DNA of 64,000 nucleotides from Carcharhinus amblyrhynchos. Taxonomy: Eukaryota. Made by a program: the position numbers and the translations under genes. The notes under the pieces were generated by a model that was not told where the DNA came from, searched no databases, and saw only the letters and a program-made list of their open reading frames with translations. Positions within the stretch are counted from its first letter, which is position 1; each line of letters starts with the position of its first letter. Positions 61,030 through 64,000 of this stretch are shown in pieces. The stretch lies in NCBI GenBank assembly GCA_965287045.1, contig OZ336872.1, forward strand, positions 119,350,001 to 119,414,000. Direction: 5' to 3'.

Positions 61030-61533
61030 GACCTATAGATACACCATAGAAAGTACCCTTCCTGGATGTATCACAGCTTGGTATGGCTCCTGCTCTGACC
61101 ACGACCGCAAGAAACTGCAAAGTTTTGTGAACAAAGCCCAGCTCATCACTCAAACCAGCCTCCCATCCATTGACTCTGTCTACGCTTCCCGCTGCCTTGG
61201 AAAAGCAGCCAACATAATCAAAGGCCCCACACACCTTGGACATTCTCTCTTCCACTTTCTTCCATCAGCTAAAAAGATACAAAAGTCTGAGGTCACGTAC
61301 GAACTCAAGAACAGCTTCTTCCCTGCTGCCATCAGACTTTTGAATGGACCCACCTTAAATTAAGTTGATTTATCTCTACACCCTAGCTATGACTGTAACA
61401 CTATATTCTGCACCCTCTCCTTTCCTTCTCCCCGATGTATTCTATGAATGGTATGCTTAGTCTGTATAGCGTGCAAGAAACAATACTTTTCACTGTATGC
61501 CAATACATATGACAGAAATAAATCAAATCAAAG
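61030..61533 (+). mobile_element. Rex1/Babar LINE 3' fragment
   Basis: YRYTIESTLPGCITAWYGSC...KKLQ...LKNSFFPAAIRLLN; 3'UTR matches 47530-47703. Confidence 0.92.
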
Positions 61534-61619
61534 CAAAATAATCTGTCTATCAGATTGCTTAATAAAATCCAATGTTTGCTGTTTTTGGGCATCTGCTTCT
61601 CTTGTCCTTATAGCAAGTA

Positions 61620-62000
61620 GAGACCATGGGTTTGGAAGGTGTTAATGAAGAAGCCTTGGAGAGGTTTTGCAGTGCATCTTATAGGTGGAACACATGGCTG
61701 CCACTGAACACCAATGGTGGAGAAAGTGAATGTTTGTAAAAGGGTTGCCAATCAATCAGGCTGCTTTTTCCTGGAGGCTGTTGGGCTACTTAACTGTTGA
61801 TGTAGCTGCACTCATCCAGGCAAGTGGACAATATTCCATCACTCTCCCTGCTTGTGCTTTGTAGATGGTGGACAGGCTTTACAAAATCAGGAAGTGAGAT
61901 ACTTGTTGCAGAATTCCCAGCCTCTGACCTGCTCTTGTGGCCACAGTATTTACATGGCTGATCCAGTTCAATTTCTGGTCAATGATAACTCCGCCGGATG
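61620..62000 (-). mobile_element. Decayed CR1-like RT fragment
   Basis: rc resembles IDQKLNWISHVNTVATRAGQRLGIL...EYCPLAWMSA. Confidence 0.7.
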
Positions 62001-64000
62001 TGGATATCCCTAATGAGTTCCTCATCTTGAAGGAGATATAAACTAGAGGTAAGTTGAAGAAGCAAGGGGGAAAAGGGAAGAAAGATTTATATTCCTATAC
62101 CATACATTGACCATCAGCAGGTTGACAGTCTGGGAATGGTGCATAAGCAGAATAAATAAAAATGGACACTCCATTATGCATAGCATAGTATATTAGATAG
62201 AAAACTCTTGCCCAGAATGTATTCCACAAAGAATAGTAGATAATCCAGAGTGTGTAATATATAGAACAATAATGTTCCAATGCCTGTATGCAGAAGGCAA
62301 TCATTACCTTGCATATATCACTGACAGAAGAGTTGCTATCTAGAATATGCTAGAAAGAGTGAAGGGTCCAGAAAACATCATCAACGTCCAGTCTGAAATT
62401 CCAGTGATGTACCAACATAAATAGGCTATTGATCAAATTTTATGACCCTGTTTTGGAGCTGTTCAAAATTCCATTGGCTTCAGTGGGACAAGAAAATATT
62501 GCCGGTGTAAAATTCCACCCTATGTTACATCCATCAAAATCTAACTTCTATCCTTATACCACTGCATCCCAAATTGTTAACAGACAATTATGGAACTGAG
62601 GATCTATGAAGTGAAATTATACGCGGATCCATATGACTGAAAATGAAATGATGGGTATGTTTTTATTTTTGTAACACTGCATTTACATGTGGTAGCAAAC
62701 CTTATTGCGTAATGACTGTTCTACTGATAATAAATTCCATATGCACGCTTGCTTGCAATCCAGCATGCAAACAAATTGAACAAATGCTTATGAATCTTAT
62801 ACCTAAACGATATAATATGAAGAGACTAATGAGCACATCAATCATAATTGAGGTTTGTAATATAATGCAGATGAACAATTACAATTAAATTAAAAATTCA
62901 CCAACACTAGTACATGCCAGTAATACTAAAACCCTTGCTTGTATTTCTGTTTAACGAGGTTTCACTAACATGAACAGGCATCGATACAGCCACATCACCG
63001 GCTCTGTTTCAGGCATAATTTTCAATTCACAAACTCATACAATTCCGAGTGTTTGCAGGATGCCAGTTGGAGAGAAGGCTTCTGTTCTTACCCAAGAAGT
63101 CCCGTTTCACATCAATTTTGCTACTATGGGAGGATGTGGGAAAGGGGAGGGGAGCTCACTGAAATTTACCAAAACACTAACAGTGAAAGGCAAGCAAAAT
63201 TAATGATATACTAAATCATGGCCACTTGATATTGTTTTAGAATGCCACATCTCACCGCTCGCTCAGTTAGATCATCATTTTATATGACTTCCACTTGAAA
63301 ATTGCATGAAGCACCTGTAGGAATTGTCACAACCAAATGCATCATTCTTTCCAACGCTGCCACATTTTCTGCATGGTACAGTAACTCAAACTTAGTTCAG
63401 TTTATTTACCATTTTCCCTGAGGAAAGGGGACATGATGATAAGAGCAAGAATGCACTTATGGTGCACTGCTGGGGTTAAGTCCACAGCTCACTGTTCCCA
63501 TTTGCTTCATATATTATTACCCCTGATCATGCTGATGTAAAAATGCAGAGTGCACCCTTAAGACACCAGCTTCACGAAAGCATATTAAAAAATTTGGAAG
63601 CAGCATGACTGTATATATCAGAAGGGAATAGAATGGGCTGACATTAAAAAAAAGAGTTAATGTTCTTTCTATGCAATATCTGCTGGTTATAGTTTCAAAG
63701 TGACACTATGGAGAGCTGCTGAAAAGCAATCATGATGTGAGCGTTCGACCCTTTGGATAATGTACTTGTAACAATAGCAATCTAGTTGCATGTTTAATCC
63801 TATAGGAATTTCACAATGATATCTGTAATGGCAGAACAGGAGTCAGAGCCTCTTGATCAGGTTTTAAATAGATGGCGTCTGTACCCTTGACCCTTTAATC
63901 ACCAGTGCATGTCTAACACTAACACATGGTCTACCTGCACCAATTCCAGCTCTGTTCCACTGGGCCATCAGTAAATACTACAGCTATTGCATTTAATCTG

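Overview
Eukaryotic, repeat-dense, CpG-depleted intronic or intergenic DNA, almost certainly from an elasmobranch (shark). It carries ~30 HE1/V-SINE copies, CR1 (HER1-like), L2 and Rex1/Babar LINE fragments, Deu-SINE (SacSINE1-like) relics, Penelope-like element (PLE) termini and a ~120-bp MITE-like family. No host protein-coding gene can be named; the only long ORFs are 5'-truncated CR1 reverse transcriptase (RT) fragments, and there are a few weak exon/promoter candidates. Top signal: a young 1.55-kb composite insertion (18196-19749) inside a perfect 13-bp target-site duplication (TSD). Its two inverted PLE pseudo-LTRs (pLTRs) each carry a minimal hammerhead ribozyme and enclose a CR1 RT fragment. 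Also notable: a PLE-bounded local inverted duplication; a V-SINE subfamily whose tail appears to be a Rex1/Babar-type 3' hairpin rather than the CR1 tail; and two independent insertions at the same site of that hairpin. Repeat boundaries were read by eye (about +/-10-20 bp unless stated exact); family names come from recall of consensus sequences, not from a database search.
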